Shown in pieces: positions 8,171-16,210 of a stretch of 35,852 bases of DNA (the first letter of the stretch is position 1; every line of letters starts with the position of its first letter). The notes under the pieces were generated by a model. That model had not been told where the DNA came from and did no database searches. It saw only the letters and a list, made by a program, of their open reading frames with translations. A program made the position numbers and the translations under genes. This DNA is from Euryarchaeota archaeon UBA501 (GTDB taxonomy: Archaea; Thermoplasmatota; Poseidoniia; Poseidoniales; Thalassarchaeaceae), in NCBI GenBank assembly GCA_002505685.1, contig DAVT01000079.1, forward strand, positions 1 through 35,852. Direction: 5' to 3'.

Positions 8171-11100
8171 TTGTTTAATCTACCACCAGGAAATACCGTT
8201 GACTCGGAAGCTGACTTGAGCGTAGGGCAAAATCAAATGCCCTTTGAAACGGGAGTCATATCTCACTACAAACCTAGGGCGAAAACCGCTTGTGCACACC
8301 GTTTGGTTTACGGTGGAAGGGTCGTGGGTTGGCTTGCTGAGTCTGATGCAAAGCAAACCTTTGTCACAGGAGAAGGCGGGCGTGTTCGCTTGCTTGAATT
8401 ATCGGATGCACACGAATTGAGTGCAAGAGGATCGACATGGAGTGTGAATCAATTTACTGAGGTGGCACGCCGAATTCCAGAGGCCTTTTCAGATCCCTCC
8501 GACGTCGCCTCTCTTCTTGCCCAAGGAGCAGCTGCGCTTCCCATCGATACCACAGACCTCGCTCTATTGGTGGACCGCCTCGTTGAATCAGATGAGGTCA
8601 TTGGAGCTTTGGCGTTTGAGGACGGAGTCGTAATCCATTCTAGTGGAAATTTACCATCCACACCGGAGGATTTGGCCACATTAGGGCAAGAACACCTCCG
8701 GGGAATAGCTGCGAAATTCGATCAACAAGAGTCCCTATCAGCCAATCTACGCCTTGAAGGGGGACAATTGATGCTAACAGAAGCAGGTCAAGCATCTGTT
8801 GCGATTTGGTGTAGCCATGGTTCGGATGCCCATGCGGCACTCGCGAACGCCGCCAGCCTCGTTGGTTCAATCGATGATGAGCAAATGACTGAATTCGAAG
8901 ATCTGCCTGAAGGATTCGTTACCAAAGAGTCCAAGTCGGGTATCGATCAACTGATTTCTCATTTGAGGGCAGCCCATGAAGACCAATTGACAGGGTACAT
9001 AAAGTCAGTCTCTGAGTCGGATGAGCCAGTATATGTGGTACTTGTGAATGGGGTGCCCAGCGGAATTCGGGGGTCGTCAGAGTCATCCCTTTCTGATGCT
9101 ATTCATGCGATGACAACTTCCTCTCGTCGATTGTTAACCCACCGTCTTGAACGGCGGGCAAGACTAGGTTTGGTGGGTTCCACAGTGGAAGATTTCTCAT
9201 TGGCCCACCTCACAGATGCAATTGCAAACTGTCGGACTCGTTCCGATGACCGAAAAAAGTTGATTTCCGGGCGATTGGATGCTCTGTTCGGTTTTGATTT
9301 AGGTTTGGAATCCATGGAATCCGGCCGTTCTACATGGAAGATGTTGGAGACTGGTTCGCCCACAGCGACGTTGATGCCGGTTTCCAGTTCAAAAGTTCTA
9401 ACACCTGCTGGAGGGGAACTCAAAAAACGCCTTGAGCAACTTGAGCACACTCAGATTTCCCTTGAACGAGAAAAGGGCCGTCTAGAGCGTGAACTCGAGG
9501 AAGCACGCGCTTCCAGAGACGATGCTCGAGAACAAATGCATGATTTGGAAGCCTCATTGACAGAAGCCAGAGATGAGCGAAGTGAACTTCACCGGGAAAT
9601 AGATGATATGACCAGCAAAGTTCGCACTGCAGAAGCAGGCATGGATGAAGCGAGTGCACTATCCAATCGTCTCACCAAACGAGTTTCTGAACTTGAACAC
9701 ATGGTGGAGAAAAGAGCCGAAGAATTGGCGAGTGCATTAGGAGAGTTCGATTCAAGAGAAGCTTTGCTTGGAGATTTGCGAGAATTGACTACTCAGGAAG
9801 CCACCGTCAAATCCGAATTGAGTTCCGCTGAAACCCGTTTGGATGAAATTCGTAAAGCCATTGATCACGATGAACGATTACAGCGAGTGCTTACAGAGCA
9901 AGTGAATGCACAACGTGACCGACACCGAACAGGTCAAGGAGAACTAGATGAGGTAGAGCGTCGAATAGAGAATCAGCGAGCAGAATTGGCAGATTTGGAG
10001 GCAGAAGGTCACGCACATCGCCGATTGATGGAAGAGGAGAGGGGGCGAATTCTTGATTCTGAGAGAAAATCGACAATCATGCAATCCGAATTAAGGGAAA
10101 TGATGGAAGAGCGTCGATTGTTGCTACGAGAATTGGGCGATCTCGATGCTAGAAAAGCACAATCTGAAACAGAACTTAGGATGTTGTTAGAACAGGCAGA
10201 AGATATTCAAGAGGCCCACGAAATGGCACTACTTGATCTACAAGAGGCGGATAGAATTCGTGCAAGATTGGCTGAAGAACCACTGGCACAAGCCTTGCTA
10301 GGAGACGAACGTGGGCTTTCGAGTTTAGAACCAGTCTTGGATCGAATGGCCAATGCCAGAAGCCGAGGATATAGTATCGTTCTGTTAGATCGAGCGGTTG
10401 AGCGAGCCTTGTCTATCATTCAACACAGTGTTGATGAGGTTGCCAAAACCCCCCGACATTTACTATCTCTTGAAGTCATGGAGCTGTTGGAGAGACAGGC
10501 TCCAGAGACAGCCTCAACAGTTCGTGGTTTGACACGCTGGTCTGTTCAATCTAGATTAGAACATCAACTCGCTGAAACAGTACAACACGTCGTCATTGAT
10601 TTGGAAGGCCTACTCGATGAATACGAAAGATCAGTGACCATGTTGGCTCAATTGCAGGAAGTCTTGCGGGGTCTCGTTGATTTAGGCCTCCCCTCAGAAG
10701 ATATCAAGCCACTTGAGCGGTTTAGCCACATGCCTGAAGCACTACCATACATTTCCGTAGAAGCACGCAGATTGATTCAGCGTTCCTTGGATGAAATTTA
10801 CCTAGATGCAGATCGAAGAACTGCAGGGGATGCAGTAGGTTTGGCAGAAACAGTAGAAGTTCTAGAATCTCTACTCCGCAGACTCGACGTGGCAGGTCTA
10901 ACCGGGGAAGAACCTTCGGGGGCATTATGGTCATTCCAGCGATCTGGAAGCCTGCCTTTCGAAATCGATGGATTGGCTCGTCACGAACGCCCTGAAATCA
11001 ATAGCGAAGCAGTCCGGCACATGAATCCAGTAGAGGATGTCGCTGATGCGAGCCCAATGTCCTCAGAGATTATCGCGCCAAGCGCTCCTGCTGCGGCTCC

Positions 11101-11401
11101 AACTCCGGAAGCCAGTTCGGCACCTGCTTCAAATTCAACTTGGCAACCGATTGAGCCAGCTTCTGAAACCGATGGGGTGGATATTTCAGCAAGAATTTCT
11201 GCGGGTTTAACTCCCGCAGATGTTACTGGTAATCCAGATGAATCCGCCCTTATGTCAGATATCGATGTAGCACTTTCTGAGGTAGATTCCGCGGCTAGAA
11301 CCAGAGAAGATACCGAGAATGGAGTTGCTCCCCCAGCCGATCCTGTGCGACGCGACGCTCTAGATGACTTGGAGCGCGAATTGTCGGACTTGGACATGTA
11401 G
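8171..11401 (+). CDS. Large cytoplasmic scaffold-like protein: internal Roadblock-like domain, PATAN/DUF4388-like region, ~290-aa coiled coil, helical domain, acidic P/A/S-rich tail
   Basis: 1076-aa ORF. The TTG start at 8171 is preceded by GAGGTG (8159-8164), which overlaps the last codons of the Roadblock gene. The alternative ATG is at 8237. See findings for domain coordinates. I saw no hydrophobic TM segment and no Walker A motif. Confidence 0.8.
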   Translation: MFNLPPGNTVDSEADLSVGQNQMPFETGVISHYKPRAKTACAHRLVYGGRVVGWLAESDAKQTFVTGEGGRVRLLELSDAHELSARGSTWSVNQFTEVARRIPEAFSDPSDVASLLAQGAAALPIDTTDLALLVDRLVESDEVIGALAFEDGVVIHSSGNLPSTPEDLATLGQEHLRGIAAKFDQQESLSANLRLEGGQLMLTEAGQASVAIWCSHGSDAHAALANAASLVGSIDDEQMTEFEDLPEGFVTKESKSGIDQLISHLRAAHEDQLTGYIKSVSESDEPVYVVLVNGVPSGIRGSSESSLSDAIHAMTTSSRRLLTHRLERRARLGLVGSTVEDFSLAHLTDAIANCRTRSDDRKKLISGRLDALFGFDLGLESMESGRSTWKMLETGSPTATLMPVSSSKVLTPAGGELKKRLEQLEHTQISLEREKGRLERELEEARASRDDAREQMHDLEASLTEARDERSELHREIDDMTSKVRTAEAGMDEASALSNRLTKRVSELEHMVEKRAEELASALGEFDSREALLGDLRELTTQEATVKSELSSAETRLDEIRKAIDHDERLQRVLTEQVNAQRDRHRTGQGELDEVERRIENQRAELADLEAEGHAHRRLMEEERGRILDSERKSTIMQSELREMMEERRLLLRELGDLDARKAQSETELRMLLEQAEDIQEAHEMALLDLQEADRIRARLAEEPLAQALLGDERGLSSLEPVLDRMANARSRGYSIVLLDRAVERALSIIQHSVDEVAKTPRHLLSLEVMELLERQAPETASTVRGLTRWSVQSRLEHQLAETVQHVVIDLEGLLDEYERSVTMLAQLQEVLRGLVDLGLPSEDIKPLERFSHMPEALPYISVEARRLIQRSLDEIYLDADRRTAGDAVGLAETVEVLESLLRRLDVAGLTGEEPSGALWSFQRSGSLPFEIDGLARHERPEINSEAVRHMNPVEDVADASPMSSEIIAPSAPAAAPTPEASSAPASNSTWQPIEPASETDGVDISARISAGLTPADVTGNPDESALMSDIDVALSEVDSAARTREDTENGVAPPADPVRRDALDDLERELSDLDM

Positions 11402-11409
11402 GTGAACAC

Positions 11410-11670
11410 ATGGAGAAAGAGGGAACTGAAACCCTCATGGGTCGTATAGAAACTCATGGAGACAAGTTTCCTTGGTACCTTGAAAAAGCCAGTTTCTTGC
11501 TAACTATCGGAGCCGCAATTCTTGTTGGACAATGGATGTGGTTGGAATCAGGATGGAGCGACCAATTACTGTGGCCTGCTACGGTTTGTGTGATGCCTCT
11601 AACGGCCATAATCACAGCAGAAATCATCTCGCGTGTAATTCAAAGATTCCATATTGCCCAGAGCAATTAA
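11410..11670 (+). CDS. Small 2-TM membrane protein
   Basis: 86-aa ORF. The ATG is 8 nt after the upstream stop in the context TAGGTGAACACATG, where the stop is fused to an SD. Two hydrophobic helices (ASFLLTIGAAILVGQWMWL; LLWPATVCVMPLTAIITAEII). Confidence 0.55.
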   Translation: MEKEGTETLMGRIETHGDKFPWYLEKASFLLTIGAAILVGQWMWLESGWSDQLLWPATVCVMPLTAIITAEIISRVIQRFHIAQSN

Positions 11671-12915
11671 TCACGGATTTGTTTTGACCTTGCTCAGTGC
11701 TGATTCAATCAAACCGGATACTCTTTGCCAAGGTACAATGTATCTCAATCCAGCAACAAATGTCAGGAATAGCATTGCTGAAATGACCTTTCCATAGGTT
11801 AGGCGAAGTTCCAGTGATTCCTTGACTTGTCCACTCCATTGCCCAGATCCAGTCCAACTGACAACATCGATAATCAAATCATCAAACTTCAACGCAAGCA
11901 TTGTGACAAATGCAACTGAAAAGATGACAACTACCGTATGCTGCATGTGGGTATTGAGGATACTTTGGAATTGCCTTACATACTCTGGATCTTTTTTGCA
12001 AGATTCTGGCAATCTGAATGCATATTCAAGGAAACGAATTGTGGCCTGAGCGGTTTCAGAAAATACCATCAGCAGTACTGCAACCAACAGGAGTTCCCAA
12101 ACTTGACTTGAGATCAAACCTCCTAGAGTGTCAGCCTCCCCAATCTGGGTGGGCAATGGGTTCAGGCCAGGTGAATGCGGATCCGATACACTGGCAAGTT
12201 GACTTACTACCCCTTCATAGGAAAGCAGAGCATAGATTCCGAGATAGACGAGCATGTAGGCCATTGACCAATTGACCATTCTCTTTGAGAGACCCCAAAT
12301 TCCCATCAATCCAAACAATACCGGAGCGAGGAACAACAGGACAATCAGTAACTGAATGTATACAGATAATGGCCAAACCAAATGATTGGCATGATTCATC
12401 GAATCATCTGCATTTCCAAATGGTAAGTATAAATCAAAACTCATAATCATTCCAAATGTCCAAGTTAGAAGGAACATTCCTGCCAAGAATAGAATCATCG
12501 ATCCAAGGAGGCCAAGAGTGATTTTTCGACGTCTTGCAGGAGGCTGGAAATTCAGTGCAACCCAAGCCCCAGCAATCGCCATACTGAGTAGAATTGGGAC
12601 AAAATAGCGTCCATCTCCTTCGTTGCCCTGCCCTGTTACCCAATCTGGTAAGGGAAGACCATCCAAACCTCCACCATCGGTCAATGTGTCTTCTATTTGA
12701 TCGAGCGTTAGGGTGTGATCAAGAGCAGGGCACCAAGCTCCAGTGCTTGCATAATCCGGGTGGCAGTGACCAAACACACGTGTCATCGTTAGGAACAACC
12801 AAATCAATGCCAATGTAGCCACAAGTTGAAGACAAACAACACGCCATTCTTTGCGCAAAACACGCAAATGTAGACTGGTCATCCCTTCCTCTTGTTGTGC
12901 TACATCATCTGCCAT
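11671..12915 (-). CDS. Polytopic membrane protein (about 8 TM), last gene of the DUF4350-like/DUF58 run
   Basis: 414-aa ORF. The ATG is preceded by TAGGGAGGTGAGAATATG, i.e. the DUF58 stop plus an SD. Many hydrophobic helices (VVCLQLVATLALIWLFL, VPILLSMAIAGAWVAL, LGLLGSMILFLAGMFLL, VYIQLLIVLLFLAPVLFGLMGIWGL, etc.). Confidence 0.75.
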   Translation of the reverse strand: MADDVAQQEEGMTSLHLRVLRKEWRVVCLQLVATLALIWLFLTMTRVFGHCHPDYASTGAWCPALDHTLTLDQIEDTLTDGGGLDGLPLPDWVTGQGNEGDGRYFVPILLSMAIAGAWVALNFQPPARRRKITLGLLGSMILFLAGMFLLTWTFGMIMSFDLYLPFGNADDSMNHANHLVWPLSVYIQLLIVLLFLAPVLFGLMGIWGLSKRMVNWSMAYMLVYLGIYALLSYEGVVSQLASVSDPHSPGLNPLPTQIGEADTLGGLISSQVWELLLVAVLLMVFSETAQATIRFLEYAFRLPESCKKDPEYVRQFQSILNTHMQHTVVVIFSVAFVTMLALKFDDLIIDVVSWTGSGQWSGQVKESLELRLTYGKVISAMLFLTFVAGLRYIVPWQRVSGLIESALSKVKTNP

Positions 12916-12927
12916 ATTCTCACCTCC

Positions 12928-14178
12928 CTACATCTTCACCTGCAACAATGCTTGACTCAATTCAACATCAGGCATCCAATCAATGACGCGAGCACCATAA
13001 CCGGCAACCGCAGAAAGCCGATTTTGCCGCTCAAGCTTCATGACTTCGTATGACATTCTAGGGATTCGGCTTACCAATCTCTCATAGTCTATACTAGATG
13101 GGCTAAGGATAACCACTTCATGCCCCCTTCCAGCCAAATCTCGGATCGCGTGAGGTACAGTCCCATCACCTTCTAGACTTGAGATTACGAATACGGGGCT
13201 CCCTCGGCTAAATCTTGGTGCCAATGAATTGGTTACTGCTTGTAGTGGCATATCTCCCTTTGGCGCAACCCCTGCCAAACTGGATAGGACCTTGAAGTAC
13301 TGTTTATCTCCACCGTCCGCAGGTAAATATGACAACTTATCATCGTATACTGCAAGTGCCACAGAATCTCTCCGCTTGATGAAGTAGGAAGCCAAACTCG
13401 CTGCTGCCACAGTCCCCATTTCCAGTGGATTCTTCAGTACAGTTCCAATTCGGCTGATGTCTCTAGAATCGAGTAATATGAACACATCCGTAACCGCATC
13501 CCTACACTTTTCATTGACCATCATAACTCCAGTTCGAGCAAATGCCTTCCAATTGATAATCTTGAATGGATCACCGGGTACGTATTCTCTTAGTGAATAG
13601 AATTCAGAACCGGGCCCCGGAGTTCTCAGTGTCATTGCTCCAGTGTACATCTTTGGCGTCCGACTTCGAATCATTGCTTCTTCAATTTCACGTACTTGTG
13701 GGAATACGATTAGCCCCGAGCGGTGGTCAATATACATCTCTTGGCTGAAGAGGTTGAATGTGTTGCGATAGCGAACCGAGACGGGTCCAAATGAATAATG
13801 GCCACGAAGAGGGCAACGCAAAACATAGCGAATCCTTGTTGTTTCACCGGGTCCAAGGTTGACTCGCATGTAATTGAGTCCACTACGCAATTTCATTTCG
13901 TGTGGTACGTTATCGAAAATCTCCAATTGTTGTGTACGTCTGAATGAACTATTGGTAATTGCCAATTCAACGTACAAATCGTCTCCTTTGTACAAATTGT
14001 CAGCAGACAATGTACGGACGACCTCCAACTGACCATGTCCAACAACCCATGAATTGATAGCAAGGAAGGCAATGAACATCAAGCCAAGGATCATCAATTG
14101 GAAGTTGGCGATCATCATTCCAATCAAGACCAAAGAGATACCAGAGGTCATGAGTAGAGCTGCCTTACGTGTCCACAT
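12928..14178 (-). CDS. DUF58 family protein (vWA-like, normally MoxR-associated)
   Basis: 416-aa ORF. N-terminal double TM, then the signature EFYSLREYVPGDPFKIINWKAFARTG followed by VFILLDSRD. The ATG is preceded by TAAGGAGGTGAGAGAATATG. Confidence 0.85.
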   Translation of the reverse strand: MWTRKAALLMTSGISLVLIGMMIANFQLMILGLMFIAFLAINSWVVGHGQLEVVRTLSADNLYKGDDLYVELAITNSSFRRTQQLEIFDNVPHEMKLRSGLNYMRVNLGPGETTRIRYVLRCPLRGHYSFGPVSVRYRNTFNLFSQEMYIDHRSGLIVFPQVREIEEAMIRSRTPKMYTGAMTLRTPGPGSEFYSLREYVPGDPFKIINWKAFARTGVMMVNEKCRDAVTDVFILLDSRDISRIGTVLKNPLEMGTVAAASLASYFIKRRDSVALAVYDDKLSYLPADGGDKQYFKVLSSLAGVAPKGDMPLQAVTNSLAPRFSRGSPVFVISSLEGDGTVPHAIRDLAGRGHEVVILSPSSIDYERLVSRIPRMSYEVMKLERQNRLSAVAGYGARVIDWMPDVELSQALLQVKM

Positions 14179-14192
14179 ATTCTCTCACCTCC

Positions 14193-15851
14193 TTACTTCC
14201 GTCCCCACATTTTGACTCGTTTGACAACGGCCACAAGTTGCTCCAAGCTGTAATTTCGATCTTCAAATACGAATTTAACCAGTACGGGGTCACTAATCAT
14301 CTTCTGCAATTCACGGGCAGGTAGAGCATCAAACTCATCTCGAGTCAGTGAATTCAAATTCCTAACTCTAGACAATAATACTTGTTTTACTTTATTTGGA
14401 CGTTGATAATATCCATATCGCCTAGCATCTCCAAATCCATAGTAGATGATGCTGAAAACGTGCCGCCATGGTTCAGGATCTACCTTCTTGATGATGACGG
14501 CCTCGAATGTGATAAATAGAGCCAAAAACAGGAAGAGCATTGCCATCCAATCATTCGTGAAGTACACCAAAATGTAGTAAATCAGACTGTAGGTATCACT
14601 GAGGGCATTGGTTTGCTGATGTCGACTTTCGTCAAAGATAACTTGCTTACCCTGAGCAGAAGTTCCATTGTCAGCATCGTTTGCAAGAAGAGATTCTGCG
14701 ATGATGTCAAGGACCCAACGACGATTGTCATTGCTGGGCATTACATTACCATTGAGTGCCCCATACCTTTCCGCATTGGTATTCTCCCAATCATAAATGG
14801 CATTCATCAGGGCTGAACCATCACTGACGAAAATAGCGCGACCCATTGGTGTGCCACCAGGTTCCTCTTCGCAATCGCGGTTGTCACACACCTTAATCGC
14901 CATAGTGAATGGGCCTGCCTCATCACTTTCGATTCCTCCACCCTCAAATCCAACATCTCCTTCGCCATCATCATTCGTGTCGAGATAAGAGTCCTGACTG
15001 GAACGTCCCCAAGCGTATATGTTGTCGCTAGGCTCTTCCGCATCTTCCTTGTCAAATGCTGATGGGGTATTCAGTAGGACGTTGTAATTCGTACTGAAGT
15101 TCCAGAATTGGGTGCCCTCTGAATCGGTTTCTATGTGGTGGGCACATAGACCGGCTTCAGAGAAAGTAGGTACGGTCCCATCGGGTGCCCCAGCGATTCG
15201 GTCAAGACGATCGATGACTCCATCATTGTCAGAATCTCCAAAGCATGGATGTTGAATGGAACGGTCTAATCCGGTGTAGTCGTATGGATTGGAAGAGTTC
15301 ATCCACACATATTCGTAACCCAATTCGCGTGCCCAAGCATCTTCATCATACAATTGATGTCCACTATATCCTAAGCCGAAAACATCTGCTAGACTAGCGG
15401 CATATCCAAAATCATCCATCACCAGCAAAGTTCCTCCAGCAGCAAAGTACTCGATGATTGCATTGATTTCGGTAGCAGTGTATCCCTCACTTTCACTCCA
15501 TTGAACCACACTTGCATCTCCCGTAAAACGGGGCAAAGAAATGGTATCCTGTTCAACACCAGTGACAATGAAAACGGTATCTTCAGGGTTTTCTATTTCA
15601 CCCAGCAGAACTGGGCTTGAAATCATGCTTGTGGTATCCACGCCCATGTTTTTCAAATCAGCACGGAATGCGGACAAATCATCCCAATCATCATCGTAAG
15701 CTGAGAGGTGTGGGTCACTGTCGACTAGGTATGAACTAACAATACTCAGCAACAACAGAGCAAGCACAGAATAGAACGCCAACATCAAACCGACTCTACG
15801 CGTTTTCCGCGATTTCAGCACAGTTTTGATGTCCACTGAGCCAATTTTCAT
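14193..15851 (-). CDS. DUF4350/GldG-like bitopic membrane protein with a large acidic ectodomain
   Basis: 552-aa ORF. N-terminal TM (GLMLAFYSVLALLLLSIVSS). The block VFIVTGVEQ...AIIEYFAAGGTLLVMDDFGY is typical of the DUF4350 class-I-amidotransferase-like fold. Second TM near aa 430-455, then a ~95-aa basic cytoplasmic tail. The family call rests on my memory of the motif plus the adjacent DUF58. Confidence 0.65.
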   Translation of the reverse strand: MKIGSVDIKTVLKSRKTRRVGLMLAFYSVLALLLLSIVSSYLVDSDPHLSAYDDDWDDLSAFRADLKNMGVDTTSMISSPVLLGEIENPEDTVFIVTGVEQDTISLPRFTGDASVVQWSESEGYTATEINAIIEYFAAGGTLLVMDDFGYAASLADVFGLGYSGHQLYDEDAWARELGYEYVWMNSSNPYDYTGLDRSIQHPCFGDSDNDGVIDRLDRIAGAPDGTVPTFSEAGLCAHHIETDSEGTQFWNFSTNYNVLLNTPSAFDKEDAEEPSDNIYAWGRSSQDSYLDTNDDGEGDVGFEGGGIESDEAGPFTMAIKVCDNRDCEEEPGGTPMGRAIFVSDGSALMNAIYDWENTNAERYGALNGNVMPSNDNRRWVLDIIAESLLANDADNGTSAQGKQVIFDESRHQQTNALSDTYSLIYYILVYFTNDWMAMLFLFLALFITFEAVIIKKVDPEPWRHVFSIIYYGFGDARRYGYYQRPNKVKQVLLSRVRNLNSLTRDEFDALPARELQKMISDPVLVKFVFEDRNYSLEQLVAVVKRVKMWGRK

Positions 15852-15957
15852 GCTGACAAGCTCCCCACATCCATAGGATGTGCAGCGGCGAGACGCTGAA
15901 CCAAGCCTTAAGACGGTTTGGGGGCGATGGGAGAGACAGTATCAGCCGAATTTTACA

Positions 15958-16200
15958 TCAACGACTCAAATGAACATCCTCGTCAATCGTGGCCACTTCT
16001 TCTGTTGGTATGACCAAATGCTCACCGAATGTTGGCCATGGTAGCAGGCTAGGGTCCAATCCCTCATCTAAATCCAACAATAATCCAAGCACTTCCCCCC
16101 CCACATCATCGATAAACAAGTCGACAATGATGCCGAGGAGGTCTCCGCGACTATCCACGACTCTTCTACCAGATAGTTCTGTAGAGAATGCTGCTGGCAT
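15958..16200 (-). CDS. Small PRC-barrel domain protein
   Basis: LSGRRVVDSRGDLLGIIVDLFIDDVGGEVLGLLLDL matches the PRC-barrel pattern. I prefer ATG 16200 (80 aa) because it follows TGAGGTGAATGTA, where the TGA is the cdc48 stop. The track's longer 16224 start would overlap cdc48. Confidence 0.72.
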   Translation of the reverse strand: MPAAFSTELSGRRVVDSRGDLLGIIVDLFIDDVGGEVLGLLLDLDEGLDPSLLPWPTFGEHLVIPTEEVATIDEDVHLSR

Positions 16201-16210
16201 TACATTCACC

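Noticed and set aside
10981-11457. 158-aa minus-strand ORF opposite the 3' end of the coiled-coil gene
   Set aside because: It mirrors the low-complexity acidic P/A/S tail (giving S/A/G-rich antisense) and overlaps the coupled junction to the 2-TM gene. It is a shadow ORF.
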